IMG/VR virus record: IMGVR_UViG_3300035212_003113
Span: 62,001 to 126,000 of that record
Strand: one strand, 5' to 3'
DNA length: 64,000 bases
Below are positions 47,387 to 56,481 of the stretch, piece after piece. The first letter of the stretch is position 1, and the number at the start of each line of letters is the position of its first letter. A program made the position numbers and the translations under genes. The notes under the pieces are model-generated. The model saw nothing but the letters and a program-made list of their open reading frames with translations. It had not been told where the DNA came from and did not search any database.

Positions 47387-48313
47387 ATGCTAGGAGTATG
47401 CTGCCAGTGGTTGAATGTCGTTCCTACAAAAACTGGTGAAAAATATGTTAACGCCCTAGGTGAACGCGCGCTTCAACTAGGGCGTTACTCTTCTGGCGCA
47501 TATACGCCGGAACACATAGCTGATGTATGGCTCGGTAATGTAAAAGGTTTGGCCAACATTATACCTACGGTACGCAGCGCCGGCGTAGGTATGTTTAGAG
47601 TGGGCAGCACGCTGCTGCCGCTCTTTGATAAGATCGCAGAGAGCCCGCTTAAAGGCCTGGTCGCAGATGCGGAGTCAGAACTGCGCAAGGTAGGCGCCCT
47701 CACTAACGGTATGAGGCTGACCACTCACCCCGGTCAATTCGTAGTAATTAGCTCGGATTCTGATACGGTCGTAGCTAACTCTGTTCGTGAGCTAGAGTAT
47801 CACGCATTTATCATGGACTCTCTAGGGTGCGCCGCAACGCCGCGGTTTGCAATAAATATTCATGGTGGCAAGCGAGATCGCGGAGATCGCTTGGTTGCTT
47901 CAATTAAGTCTCTGCCTAATTCAGTCCGATCCCGCCTTACGCTAGAGAATGACGAGAATTGCTGGTCTGTCGCTAACCTGCTGCCGATTTCTGAGCAAAC
48001 CGGCGTTCCGATTGTCTTCGACTCTCATCATCATCCATTTAATGATGGCGGTCTAACCGGCGAGGCAGCAATGCTTGCTGCCGCAAGTACGTGGCCAAGC
48101 GACATAAGACCGCTACAACACCTTAGTAATACAGAGCCCGGCTTTGAAGGCGGCTCATTTACAGAGCGCCGACAGCATAGCTGGGCAATTCATTATGTAC
48201 CGGATTATCAGCGAGACTTCTATCTAGCCGGTAAATCGGACATAGAGATGGAGTGCAAAGGCAAGAATCTAGGCTTTATTCCGTATGTAGATGCCCTCGG
48301 CATCTATTTATGA
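47387..48313 (+). CDS. uvsE: UV DNA damage endonuclease
   Basis: FRVGS.LLP, RLTTHPGQF, NIHGG, RLTLENDE, VFDSHHH, MECKGK. Confidence 0.93.
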   Translation: MLGVCCQWLNVVPTKTGEKYVNALGERALQLGRYSSGAYTPEHIADVWLGNVKGLANIIPTVRSAGVGMFRVGSTLLPLFDKIAESPLKGLVADAESELRKVGALTNGMRLTTHPGQFVVISSDSDTVVANSVRELEYHAFIMDSLGCAATPRFAINIHGGKRDRGDRLVASIKSLPNSVRSRLTLENDENCWSVANLLPISEQTGVPIVFDSHHHPFNDGGLTGEAAMLAAASTWPSDIRPLQHLSNTEPGFEGGSFTERRQHSWAIHYVPDYQRDFYLAGKSDIEMECKGKNLGFIPYVDALGIYL

Positions 48314-48708
48314 AATTAAGCGATTTTGTATTTAGGAATAAACACTTCTTCATCGACATGTTTGTCGATCCTTCCAATACAAAATCGCTTAAAGCGGTAG
48401 TAGATGACCTCAATGTATACAAATGGGGTATAGCTGAGCCAGGAGCTAGCGGCAGGATAATCCTGTCTTGCTCCAGTAATGGCGAGATACAGAAGTCTGC
48501 TACTCTAGCAGTACTACCCGAACAGCTAACGGTATTTTTCGCCTTCCTGCCAGAAGGCGATTACTGCCGGTCTGACTTTGATGGCTTAGATTATATAATA
48601 GACGTCTGGAGCGAAGGCTCTACCTTCTTTCGCTGCGGAGGTCTTGAGGTGGTAGTTTACCAGCAAGATTCGTTAGTCGAATTGATCAAGGCAGCCAACG
48701 AAGGTTGA
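48310..48708 (+). CDS. MKL-start hypothetical protein
   Basis: ATGA overlap. Confidence 0.6.
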   Translation: MKLSDFVFRNKHFFIDMFVDPSNTKSLKAVVDDLNVYKWGIAEPGASGRIILSCSSNGEIQKSATLAVLPEQLTVFFAFLPEGDYCRSDFDGLDYIIDVWSEGSTFFRCGGLEVVVYQQDSLVELIKAANEG

Positions 48709-49179
48709 ATCCTCGTAGCGCCGAATCTTCTTAATGATATTGCGTATGCGACCCGGTCGCTTAAGTACATTAGCCGCCAAGTCAAAGCGATTTAATATGT
48801 ATTCGTATATGTCTTTGACGCTACCGTTCGGCAACACAAAGCCTTCGTCGCAGAAATCGGCCATGATAATCTGCTTCTTCCCTTTGTTCGGCCAGCTGCA
48901 TATCTCGCAGAACAACAGCTTGCTGGCGCTATTTTGAAAGCAGCGTATTATTCGGCGATTGTTTACCCAGATCTCGGCTACCATGATGCGAGGCCCTTCT
49001 AGCTGCACTTCGCCATCTAACCAGTAGTTATAGCCAACGAACTTGCTGATAAAAGATTGGCCAGTGCCCAACTTAGCGACATTTAGTCTTATACCGAGGC
49101 TCTGCAATTTCACAACTAACTCGATTTCGATGCCTGGATTTCTGTGCTCTTTGCCACTTGCTGTAATGCTTCTGCACAA
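48673..49179 (-). CDS. hypothetical protein
   Basis: Only long ORF filling the gap; start uncertain. Confidence 0.45.
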   Translation of the reverse strand: MCRSITASGKEHRNPGIEIELVVKLQSLGIRLNVAKLGTGQSFISKFVGYNYWLDGEVQLEGPRIMVAEIWVNNRRIIRCFQNSASKLLFCEICSWPNKGKKQIIMADFCDEGFVLPNGSVKDIYEYILNRFDLAANVLKRPGRIRNIIKKIRRYEDSTFVGCLDQFD

Positions 49180-49197
49180 GAATCTCGAGGGAATTAG

Positions 49198-51042
49198 ATG
49201 ACCAAGACTAAAGAGTACACTTCCAACTCAATCCAAGTGCTGGACGATATTGCGCATATTCGCCTGCGTCCCGGCCTTTATGTGGGCGGTGCAAATGCTA
49301 CCGGTCACTTTATTATCCTGAAGGAAATCATTGACAATGCTATTGACGAGGCTATCGCCGGCCATGCGACAAGGGTGCACGTAAAGATTTCTGACGACGG
49401 CAGGAGCGCCGAGGTATTTGATAATGGTCGCGGCATTCCACATGAGAAGCACCCCAAGACCGGACTAAGTACGCTGGCGACCGTATTTGGCACTGCCAAG
49501 TCAGGCGGCAAGTTTGACAACGACACTTATGGGACCTCAGTCGGTACACACGGCGTTGGCTCGACCGCTACAAATGCTCTTTCGAAATCTTTTTATGCAG
49601 AGTCTTACCGTGGCAAGAAGTCTGCTAGCGTCTCGTTTGTACGTGGCAAAATGGTCGGCAAGGACGCAGTAATCTCGGACAACAAGACAAAAGAGAAGCG
49701 CGGCACCCTGGTGCGCTTTACTCCGGATTACGAAGAGGTATTCAAAGACGTATCTGCTTTTAACATGGTCGAGATTGAAGCTCGCCTATCAGACGCAGCC
49801 AACCTGCTGCCTAAGACAAAGATAACTCTTGAGTTCGGCGGAGCCTCAAAAGACTTTAAGTGTGCGGGAGTAGCGGGAATCCTTGGAGTTACCGGGGCAT
49901 ATTCTGCTGACTTCGACATTGAAGTAGAGGTTGGTGGCGATAAAAAGACTGCGGGCGTTTCAATTGCTTGGTGCTGGGGCAGCGAAGGCCGCGCAGTGTC
50001 GCTTGTTAACCTTAGTCGCACATCTGATGGAGGTCAGCACGCTTCTGGCTGGGAATCAGCAATTAGCGATTTCTTGTTGGAGCGCTGCAAGAACAAATGC
50101 TCTTCAAAAGAAATCCTTGATACCCTGCAGTACGCAGTGCATGTCAGCCACCCAAATCCGCAGTTCTCTTCGCAGACAAAAGAAAAGCTGATAAACAAGG
50201 GACTAGGCAAGGCTATCAGCGAGGCCGCTGTGCCACAGCTTAAGAGCTGGGCTCGCAGGAATACTGCCGCAGTTGATGCGCTATTGCAGTCAGCTATTGC
50301 AGCATATGAGGCGCGCCAGGCGCAGAAAGACCTGAAAGCTGCGCTAAAGGATCTGAAGACAACCCGCCGCAACAGCCGAGGCATCCTGCCCGATAAGCTG
50401 TTCGAAGCCGACTGCAAGCCGTATATGCGCGAGCTATACCTAGTGGAAGGCGACAGCGCTGCCGGCTCAGCAGTCAAGGGTCGTGACGCAGGGCACCAGG
50501 AGATCCTGCCACTAAAGGGCAAGATCCTGAACGTATTCAAGGCTTCCGAGGCGGAGGCAATTGCTAATGACGAAATCGCTGCAATTGTTGCTTCTGTAGG
50601 CGGAGGCTTTGGTGCCAGGTTTAATATGGCTGATGTGCGAATCGGCAAGGTTATCATCCTGTCTGATTCTGATCACGACGGCCATCACATTAGCAGTCTT
50701 ATCGTAGGTCTTTTTGCCAAGTACATGCCGGGCCTTCTGGAGAAAGGCATGATCTATACCGTAGATGCTCCACTTTACAAAGCTTCGTTGCCTGGCACGC
50801 GCACTCGCTGGTTCGGACATACGATGGACGATATTAAAGCAAAGGCTGGCAAGCAGTTCTCCAAGTGTGATGTTACGCGCCTCAAAGGTCACGGCGAGGC
50901 TAATCCAGATGAAGTTGCCGAATACGCCATGGGGAGCACAAGAAAACTTATTCAGCTGTCCTGGAAGGCTGCGGATGTAGAAGAGATTGTGAGAGTAATG
51001 GGCGATGACATCGCCGGCCGCAAAGAACTACTGGGAATCTGA
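49198..51042 (+). CDS. type IIA DNA topoisomerase subunit B (GyrB/ParE-like)
   Basis: EIIDNAIDE, DNGRGIP, GGKF, HGVG, VEGDSA, PLKGKILN, DSDHDG. Confidence 0.95.
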   Translation: MTKTKEYTSNSIQVLDDIAHIRLRPGLYVGGANATGHFIILKEIIDNAIDEAIAGHATRVHVKISDDGRSAEVFDNGRGIPHEKHPKTGLSTLATVFGTAKSGGKFDNDTYGTSVGTHGVGSTATNALSKSFYAESYRGKKSASVSFVRGKMVGKDAVISDNKTKEKRGTLVRFTPDYEEVFKDVSAFNMVEIEARLSDAANLLPKTKITLEFGGASKDFKCAGVAGILGVTGAYSADFDIEVEVGGDKKTAGVSIAWCWGSEGRAVSLVNLSRTSDGGQHASGWESAISDFLLERCKNKCSSKEILDTLQYAVHVSHPNPQFSSQTKEKLINKGLGKAISEAAVPQLKSWARRNTAAVDALLQSAIAAYEARQAQKDLKAALKDLKTTRRNSRGILPDKLFEADCKPYMRELYLVEGDSAAGSAVKGRDAGHQEILPLKGKILNVFKASEAEAIANDEIAAIVASVGGGFGARFNMADVRIGKVIILSDSDHDGHHISSLIVGLFAKYMPGLLEKGMIYTVDAPLYKASLPGTRTRWFGHTMDDIKAKAGKQFSKCDVTRLKGHGEANPDEVAEYAMGSTRKLIQLSWKAADVEEIVRVMGDDIAGRKELLGI

Positions 51043-52490
51043 TGATATCAAAAAAACAAAAAACGCCGCCTCAGGCATCTGTTGTAGTAGGACAATCTGC
51101 TGTAGAGTTCGTACGCCGAGCAATGAAGCACTACGGCGACGAGGTCATTCAGAACCGCGCGCTACCCCGCCTAGAGGATGGTCTAAAGCCGATTCAGAGA
51201 CTGCTGCTATGGAGCTGCGTAGACCTTAGCACTACTAGGTTTATCAAGTCTGCCAAGATCACCGGGCATTGCATTGCATCGTATTCGCCACACGGCGAGA
51301 TTGCTGCATACGGATCGCTGGTTGGTATGGTAAACGAGCGGCACCCGCTAGTCGAAGGCCAAGGCAACTTTGGCGGCGCTACCACCGAAGCAGCCAGCGC
51401 TCGATACACAGAGAGCCGAATCCACCCACTAGCTCGTCGCCTGATAACAGATTTACCTGACATGGCAGTAGTTCCTTATGAAAAGAACTACGATGACACT
51501 AAGGATCAGCCTCGCTATCTGCCAGGCCTCCTGCCAATGCTACTGCTAAATTCTAGCACCGGCATTGCAATGGCAATCACCAGCAAATTCCCTGGGTTCT
51601 CGATCCTAGAGGTTGCTGCCGCTGTACTAGAATATCTGGCGAATGGCAATGAGAAAAAGGCTGCCAGGCATATTAAGGCTCCTGATGGCAACATCTGCAA
51701 CCTGCTGTCTACAAAAGAGGAGGTTGCCGAACTACTTGCAACAGGATGCGGCCAGCTGCTGTACGAATGCAAGTACCACCTGGATAAAAAAGGCGACCGC
51801 AAGCTCATCGTAATCACCGGCTATGCTCCAGAGTTTAGCGTTTCTGGTTTTCTTGCCAAGTGCGGAGAGCTACAGGACTCAGGAATAATCGAAGCAACGC
51901 GCAATGAGACTTCAGGTGCCAATGGCGACAGAATCGTTATAGAATATCGCTCTGACGAAGCGTATGAGAAAGTACGCAAGCTACTTCGCAAAAAAGTTAG
52001 CTACCGAATGAATTGCCTGTATGAGGACGGCGGTTCGCTGATTCCAAAGCAAGTAGGTGTTGCCGACGTAATCAGGGATTGGGTAGCGGTTCGGCGCAAG
52101 ACGGTTGCAGCTACGCTAGCGGCGTCGCTTAAGCGGCAAGACGAAGAGATCAAGCGAGAAGCTGCCAAGCTGAATGCTTGCCTAAATCTAGAGGCAGTAT
52201 TTGCTGCACTACGGGCTGAAGGCGATTTTAGGCAAAATTTGCAGAAGCTTGCCGGGCTAGACGACTTCGAGGCAGGCATAGTTTGCGAGATGCGCGTAGA
52301 GGCGCTAAAGAAAGCAAGTGCAGAAGCACTACGCAATAAAATAACAGATATGCAGACTGCGCGCGCAACAACGGTCACAGATCTCAGCAATGTCGATGCC
52401 TATTTAATCCGTCAGATAAAGGCATTCATGAGCTGGTTGAAAGCGGAATACCCCGACCTGTTGCTGCGAAAAACGGTCTGGGAAGTATGA
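51042..52490 (+). CDS. type IIA DNA topoisomerase subunit A (no CTD)
   Basis: RALP..EDGLKPIQR, KSAK, PHG, GQGNFG, ARYTE catalytic Tyr. Confidence 0.93.
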   Translation: MISKKQKTPPQASVVVGQSAVEFVRRAMKHYGDEVIQNRALPRLEDGLKPIQRLLLWSCVDLSTTRFIKSAKITGHCIASYSPHGEIAAYGSLVGMVNERHPLVEGQGNFGGATTEAASARYTESRIHPLARRLITDLPDMAVVPYEKNYDDTKDQPRYLPGLLPMLLLNSSTGIAMAITSKFPGFSILEVAAAVLEYLANGNEKKAARHIKAPDGNICNLLSTKEEVAELLATGCGQLLYECKYHLDKKGDRKLIVITGYAPEFSVSGFLAKCGELQDSGIIEATRNETSGANGDRIVIEYRSDEAYEKVRKLLRKKVSYRMNCLYEDGGSLIPKQVGVADVIRDWVAVRRKTVAATLAASLKRQDEEIKREAAKLNACLNLEAVFAALRAEGDFRQNLQKLAGLDDFEAGIVCEMRVEALKKASAEALRNKITDMQTARATTVTDLSNVDAYLIRQIKAFMSWLKAEYPDLLLRKTVWEV

Positions 52491-52873
52491 TGAAGCTGGT
52501 GCAGTGGGTAATCATGTATGATCACGACTCGCTACTGAGTCTCGACTCACGATTACCCATTCACCCGCAACACAGCAGAGTTCTAGATATCATGACAGTT
52601 TGCGACTGGATAATAGATCTGGACATGAAGTCAGGCTGCGGAGCATGGATATGTCTTCGCGGCCTTTTTTGTGGCAAGGGCTTTTCACGCGATGCGGACG
52701 ATATAGACTCAATACTCCATAGAATTGGTAATTCTGTAAAACCATTTCTAGAGATTTCTCCAAGTGATTCGCTGGATGCTACCTGTGTTCATCAGCTATC
52801 CAGCCTGGGTTTTGTAACTGAAAATAACTGTGGCCTACAGGTCATGCGGTGGTACAAAGATGAAGATTGTTGA
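52490..52873 (+). CDS. MKL-family protein, tandem paralog of 52860
   Basis: MKLVQWVIMYDHD...LPIHP. Confidence 0.6.
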   Translation: MKLVQWVIMYDHDSLLSLDSRLPIHPQHSRVLDIMTVCDWIIDLDMKSGCGAWICLRGLFCGKGFSRDADDIDSILHRIGNSVKPFLEISPSDSLDATCVHQLSSLGFVTENNCGLQVMRWYKDEDC

Positions 52874-53186
52874 GTGGTTTCTGAGCAAAGACATCGACAC
52901 TGTTGTCAATAGCCTTCAGGACTTCCCCGTTCATCCAAAGATCAATGACGTTGTCGAGTACTCTAGGAAGAACAATATCGGCATCCAGGTCCGCACAAAA
53001 GATGATCTGATGGTCCTGGGATTGTCTCCTTCGCTTGTTCGACCTGCCTGGCTGGCAGAGAGTATGTTTAATTTTTCGTTTGCCGGCTGCCGTATTATTG
53101 CCACGGTTTATTCCGAAGAACACCAGTCAAAGTTCCGGGCATGGGGATTTAAAGAAAAAGGCCGAACCTTTACCTATACCGGCTGA
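52860..53186 (+). CDS. MKI-family protein, tandem paralog of 52490
   Basis: MKIVEWFLSKDID...FPVHP. Confidence 0.6.
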   Translation: MKIVEWFLSKDIDTVVNSLQDFPVHPKINDVVEYSRKNNIGIQVRTKDDLMVLGLSPSLVRPAWLAESMFNFSFAGCRIIATVYSEEHQSKFRAWGFKEKGRTFTYTG

Positions 53187-53223
53187 GTCAATTAATAAGT
53201 GGGCAGTTTTAGACGAGGTTCTG

Positions 53224-53460
53224 ATGCACGACTTCTGCCAGCAAATTGCCCCATGTGATATCAAAGCTGGTCAGACCATCTTAATAAAGTGCCCAAGAAT
53301 TAAAGAGATTTTCCGCGGCGACACTGACCAAATGATAGGTACAGTCTCCGCAGTGTTTGACGCTGGTGGCACGGTTGGCGTTCAAGTAGATATTTCCAAT
53401 AGAAATCAATGGTGGCGCTGGATACCCTCAATTGATGGCGGCGAAGCATTTGTCAAGTGA
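53224..53460 (+). CDS. hypothetical protein
   Basis: GAGG SD before MHDFCQ. Confidence 0.5.
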   Translation: MHDFCQQIAPCDIKAGQTILIKCPRIKEIFRGDTDQMIGTVSAVFDAGGTVGVQVDISNRNQWWRWIPSIDGGEAFVK

Positions 53461-53465
53461 CTGCT

Positions 53466-53500
53466 CGCCCCGGCCCTAAAGCCGGTGCCGCCCGATCCTG
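53466..53500 (+). promoter_or_regulatory. CCTAAA-N13-GATCC hairpin element, copy 13
   Basis: CCGGC-CCTAAA-GCCGG; GATCC 53494-53498. Confidence 0.82.
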
Positions 53501-53540
53501 TTGGGCACAAGGCGAACCCACAGCAGAAAGGATTTTGAAG

Positions 53541-53930
53541 ATGAACCACGGAGAGAAGACAGCTAGCGAGGCAGTTTCTGGAGTCATGGCCGAATTGGCC
53601 GTAAAGGACGGCCAGCTGCGAGCAGCTTTCGTTATTCGCGACAAGCAGAACCCGTACAATGAGCCAACCACTCTTCGCGTAATGACGCTCGAAGATGTAA
53701 AGGCTTTCGTGGATGCCGTTCCAGACCAAGTTCACTATCTGGCTCTGTCAAAAGACGACAACCAGAAGCTTGTCAAGCTGAGCCTAAGCTCGCGTTCACA
53801 CAAGTACAACGTCCACTGTGGTCAAACTAATCACATGGGATATCTATTCGACAAGACTCTTTTCGTTCGCCTAGAAGAAGAAATCGGCAACGAATTGATG
53901 CCGGATCTGCTCGTTTTCTTGAGCAACTGA
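53541..53930 (+). CDS. hypothetical protein
   Basis: AAAGGA SD. Confidence 0.65.
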   Translation: MNHGEKTASEAVSGVMAELAVKDGQLRAAFVIRDKQNPYNEPTTLRVMTLEDVKAFVDAVPDQVHYLALSKDDNQKLVKLSLSSRSHKYNVHCGQTNHMGYLFDKTLFVRLEEEIGNELMPDLLVFLSN

Positions 53931-53945
53931 AGTAAGGGGGTTATT

Positions 53946-54260
53946 ATGATCAGTAGCGCTGAACAGCAATTTGTTATAAAACTGCAAGACGAAGAAGAAC
54001 TAGAGCGCCGGTATTTGCTAGATGTTCTAGCTCACAAGCGCCTTGAGAATGTCCAGAAATCCGGCGCGGTACTCGCTCCAGATCGCATTCTTGAGGCAGT
54101 AACGGTACTTGGAGAAGACTGCCGCCTGGAGTTCCGTGATGGTATGTGGAACATTGACCTTGGCGGAGCAGATACCAAGAAAAAGGTTAAGATCAGAGCT
54201 GAACGGCAGCATATTGCTCTCGCCAAAGCAATGATCATCTATGTCCGCAAATACCTTTGA
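53946..54260 (+). CDS. hypothetical protein
   Basis: 104-aa ORF. Confidence 0.6.
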   Translation: MISSAEQQFVIKLQDEEELERRYLLDVLAHKRLENVQKSGAVLAPDRILEAVTVLGEDCRLEFRDGMWNIDLGGADTKKKVKIRAERQHIALAKAMIIYVRKYL

Positions 54261-54729
54261 TTTCCTAGACCATTGCGGTCCGCAGCTAGTTCCTAGCTCA
54301 GCTTGGAACTCGAATCTGCGCGCAATACTGAGCGCAGCCGAATGGCGAGATCTTAGAGAGCGGGTATTTGCAAAACACGGCAAACAATGCGCTTACTGTG
54401 GATCCAGGCCGCGCTCACTAGACTGCCATGAAATCTGGTCGTACTGCATAGAAGATGGTCAAGCAGCGGGCAGACAGAGCCTTGTTAAAATTCAACCTCT
54501 GTGTAAAGCCTGTCACATGGTGTGTCATATTGGATTCTGGTCGATGCAAGGCAAGTATGAACAAGTGCTTGCGCATATGATGCGCGTCAGAGGGATAAGT
54601 CGTGCAGCAGCTGTCGACGAAGTAGATGCAGCTTTTGCTACTTTTGAATTACTGAGCCGCTTTGAATGGATACTCGACATAGGGGCGGTAAGCTTCTATG
54701 CAGATGAAACTCAAAAAATTCTTCCCTAG
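54241..54729 (+). CDS. HNH endonuclease
   Basis: NLRAIL...W..LR, CAYCG, CHEIW.Y, LCKACHMVCH. Confidence 0.85.
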   Translation: MSANTFDFLDHCGPQLVPSSAWNSNLRAILSAAEWRDLRERVFAKHGKQCAYCGSRPRSLDCHEIWSYCIEDGQAAGRQSLVKIQPLCKACHMVCHIGFWSMQGKYEQVLAHMMRVRGISRAAAVDEVDAAFATFELLSRFEWILDIGAVSFYADETQKILP

Positions 54730-55159
54730 GCACGATCTAGATTTCCTGCTGGATTCTATTTTCGGCTGCCCCGAACCCAGACGCTTGATAGACATTGCCC
54801 GCAGCGCCAGTAGCCGCCTTGATTTTCCGCTATTTCAAGCGAGCATAGGCCAGGGCGATACCCCGTTTATTGTCGGCGACAACCCGCTTACAAGCGTGCA
54901 CATGATCACATGGTTCAGGCAAAGCGCCGCCAAAGAGCGAATAGTCACAGGATATCCTACCGCACACCCATTGTCAAGCTATTATCTGGGCTTATGGTAT
55001 GCCTACGGATGGAGGCGTCCAGATAGCGAGATGCAGCGCATGCTAGATGACTTAAGTAGTATTGGACAAATTCACACAAGAAACAGCTGGGCCTGGATAA
55101 TAATAGACCCGGGCACAACCTTTGATCTAGGAGTTTTTTATGCAGTTTTCGGAGAATAA
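54704..55159 (+). CDS. MKL-start hypothetical protein
   Basis: MKLKKFFPRH. Confidence 0.55.
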   Translation: MKLKKFFPRHDLDFLLDSIFGCPEPRRLIDIARSASSRLDFPLFQASIGQGDTPFIVGDNPLTSVHMITWFRQSAAKERIVTGYPTAHPLSSYYLGLWYAYGWRRPDSEMQRMLDDLSSIGQIHTRNSWAWIIIDPGTTFDLGVFYAVFGE

Positions 55160-55628
55160 GCCACAGAACAACGGCTGCTATGCCGTCAAGTACGACGGAA
55201 TTGTTTGGGCCTCGTTTAGGAAAGAGGCGTTGATGCAGTATTTTCACGACGTAGAGAATATTGAGCAAGCCTCCAAGTTCTTTGAAGCACAGCCGGTTTT
55301 TGACGAGAGCAATCCTTTGGCTGATCCACTAGACCGACGGGATCTGCGCGCAGGCGAGAAACACCTAAAATATCTCGTATGCGACCGAACGGCACTAGAG
55401 TTCCAGCTAACATGCGCCGCCCGATCAGACGCACTAGGAATCGTAGCTTCTGAGATCTGCAATATTCTTGTTAATCGAGAAGAGGCGGCAGAGCTACTAG
55501 GTGTCCTGCGAGCGGATACGTTAGCAGTCGCAGCAGAAGACGACTGGTATCAAAAGAATGGCGAGCGGTCACATGTCATGTTTGAAGAGACGTGCAAGGC
55601 CGCCGGCAAAGAACTAGGCAAGTGTTGA
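55140..55628 (+). CDS. hypothetical protein
   Basis: AGGAG SD. Confidence 0.6.
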   Translation: MQFSENKPQNNGCYAVKYDGIVWASFRKEALMQYFHDVENIEQASKFFEAQPVFDESNPLADPLDRRDLRAGEKHLKYLVCDRTALEFQLTCAARSDALGIVASEICNILVNREEAAELLGVLRADTLAVAAEDDWYQKNGERSHVMFEETCKAAGKELGKC

Positions 55629-56084
55629 ATGAAGATTAAGTCATTCCTGTACAATCAAGAGACAGAGGCTACGATAGATCTCGCATATAAGAGCGCGTCA
55701 GAGGTCGCCAAGAAGCTTGGTGTCAAGCTAAAGCCGGAAAAAGATTTCCGTTTCAGAATGAACTATGCTATCGCGCGCGCACGCAAGAGTCGTTGGAGCG
55801 ACAAGCTAAACGAAATCAAGTCGATCCGACTTTCAGTTGGCGTTTCTTATCATTCGCCTTGGTCTTCTGCAAGTCGCGAGACGCTAGAATACAGCATCTG
55901 CCATGAATTGACCGATGCGGCTGTAACAGACATAGGACTTTGCTCGGAGCTTATCAATTACGCCAGCTCCATCAAGATTGTTATCACGGTTGATTATTAT
56001 CAAGCCTGGAGGCGTCAGGCCCGCAAAAAACAGCAGCAAACTACTGCCAACCTAAAAGGAACTCTCAGTGGATCAGGAGCGTAG
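55629..56084 (+). CDS. MKI-start hypothetical protein
   Basis: 151-aa ORF. Confidence 0.55.
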   Translation: MKIKSFLYNQETEATIDLAYKSASEVAKKLGVKLKPEKDFRFRMNYAIARARKSRWSDKLNEIKSIRLSVGVSYHSPWSSASRETLEYSICHELTDAAVTDIGLCSELINYASSIKIVITVDYYQAWRRQARKKQQQTTANLKGTLSGSGA

Positions 56085-56481
56085 AATAGAAACAAAGATC
56101 TATCACGTTGACTGGGAGCAGCGCATCCTCTCGCATGTAGAGATCTTGTCTTCGGATGCTGCTGAAATGCCGGAACAGGGCGCGCTATTTGAGCGACTAT
56201 TTGCTGCCGGCGATACAATCCTCACTACCTTCTCTACAGAGCATCCGCACAATCGGATGCCGGATGCAATGCTAGGGCATCCGATAGGTACGCTCAAGTG
56301 GAACAAGAACTACTCAATACCGGATTTTGGCTATGATGAGTCCGGCGTCTATGGAAATCTCAGCTTCAACTCAAGGCTACAGTTCGTTTATATCTCCTGG
56401 AGCTCAATCTTGGAGATCACCGGACAAACCTCAGGGATTTCTGCAGCATGGCAACTACCGCCAGAAAGCGAAAAAACATGA
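56068..56481 (+). CDS. SspB-like ClpXP specificity factor
   Basis: IPDFGYDESGVYGNLSFN....VYISWSSILEI matches the SspB core. Confidence 0.7.
   Translation: MDQERRIETKIYHVDWEQRILSHVEILSSDAAEMPEQGALFERLFAAGDTILTTFSTEHPHNRMPDAMLGHPIGTLKWNKNYSIPDFGYDESGVYGNLSFNSRLQFVYISWSSILEITGQTSGISAAWQLPPESEKT

Noticed and set aside
35026-52390. Long antisense ORFs (e.g. 35026-35637, 46657-46989, 50034-50657)
   Set aside because: Shadows of well-supported + strand genes
53457-53540. ORF-track N-terminal extensions through elements (also 10606, 21767, 47006)
   Set aside because: Better SD-supported starts lie downstream; the extensions merely translate the element or leader
56050-56075. CCTAAA...GATCA near-match
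   Set aside because: 14-nt spacer, not GC-rich, no stem, inside a CDS; other lone CCTAAA (28961, 38706) also lack GATCC
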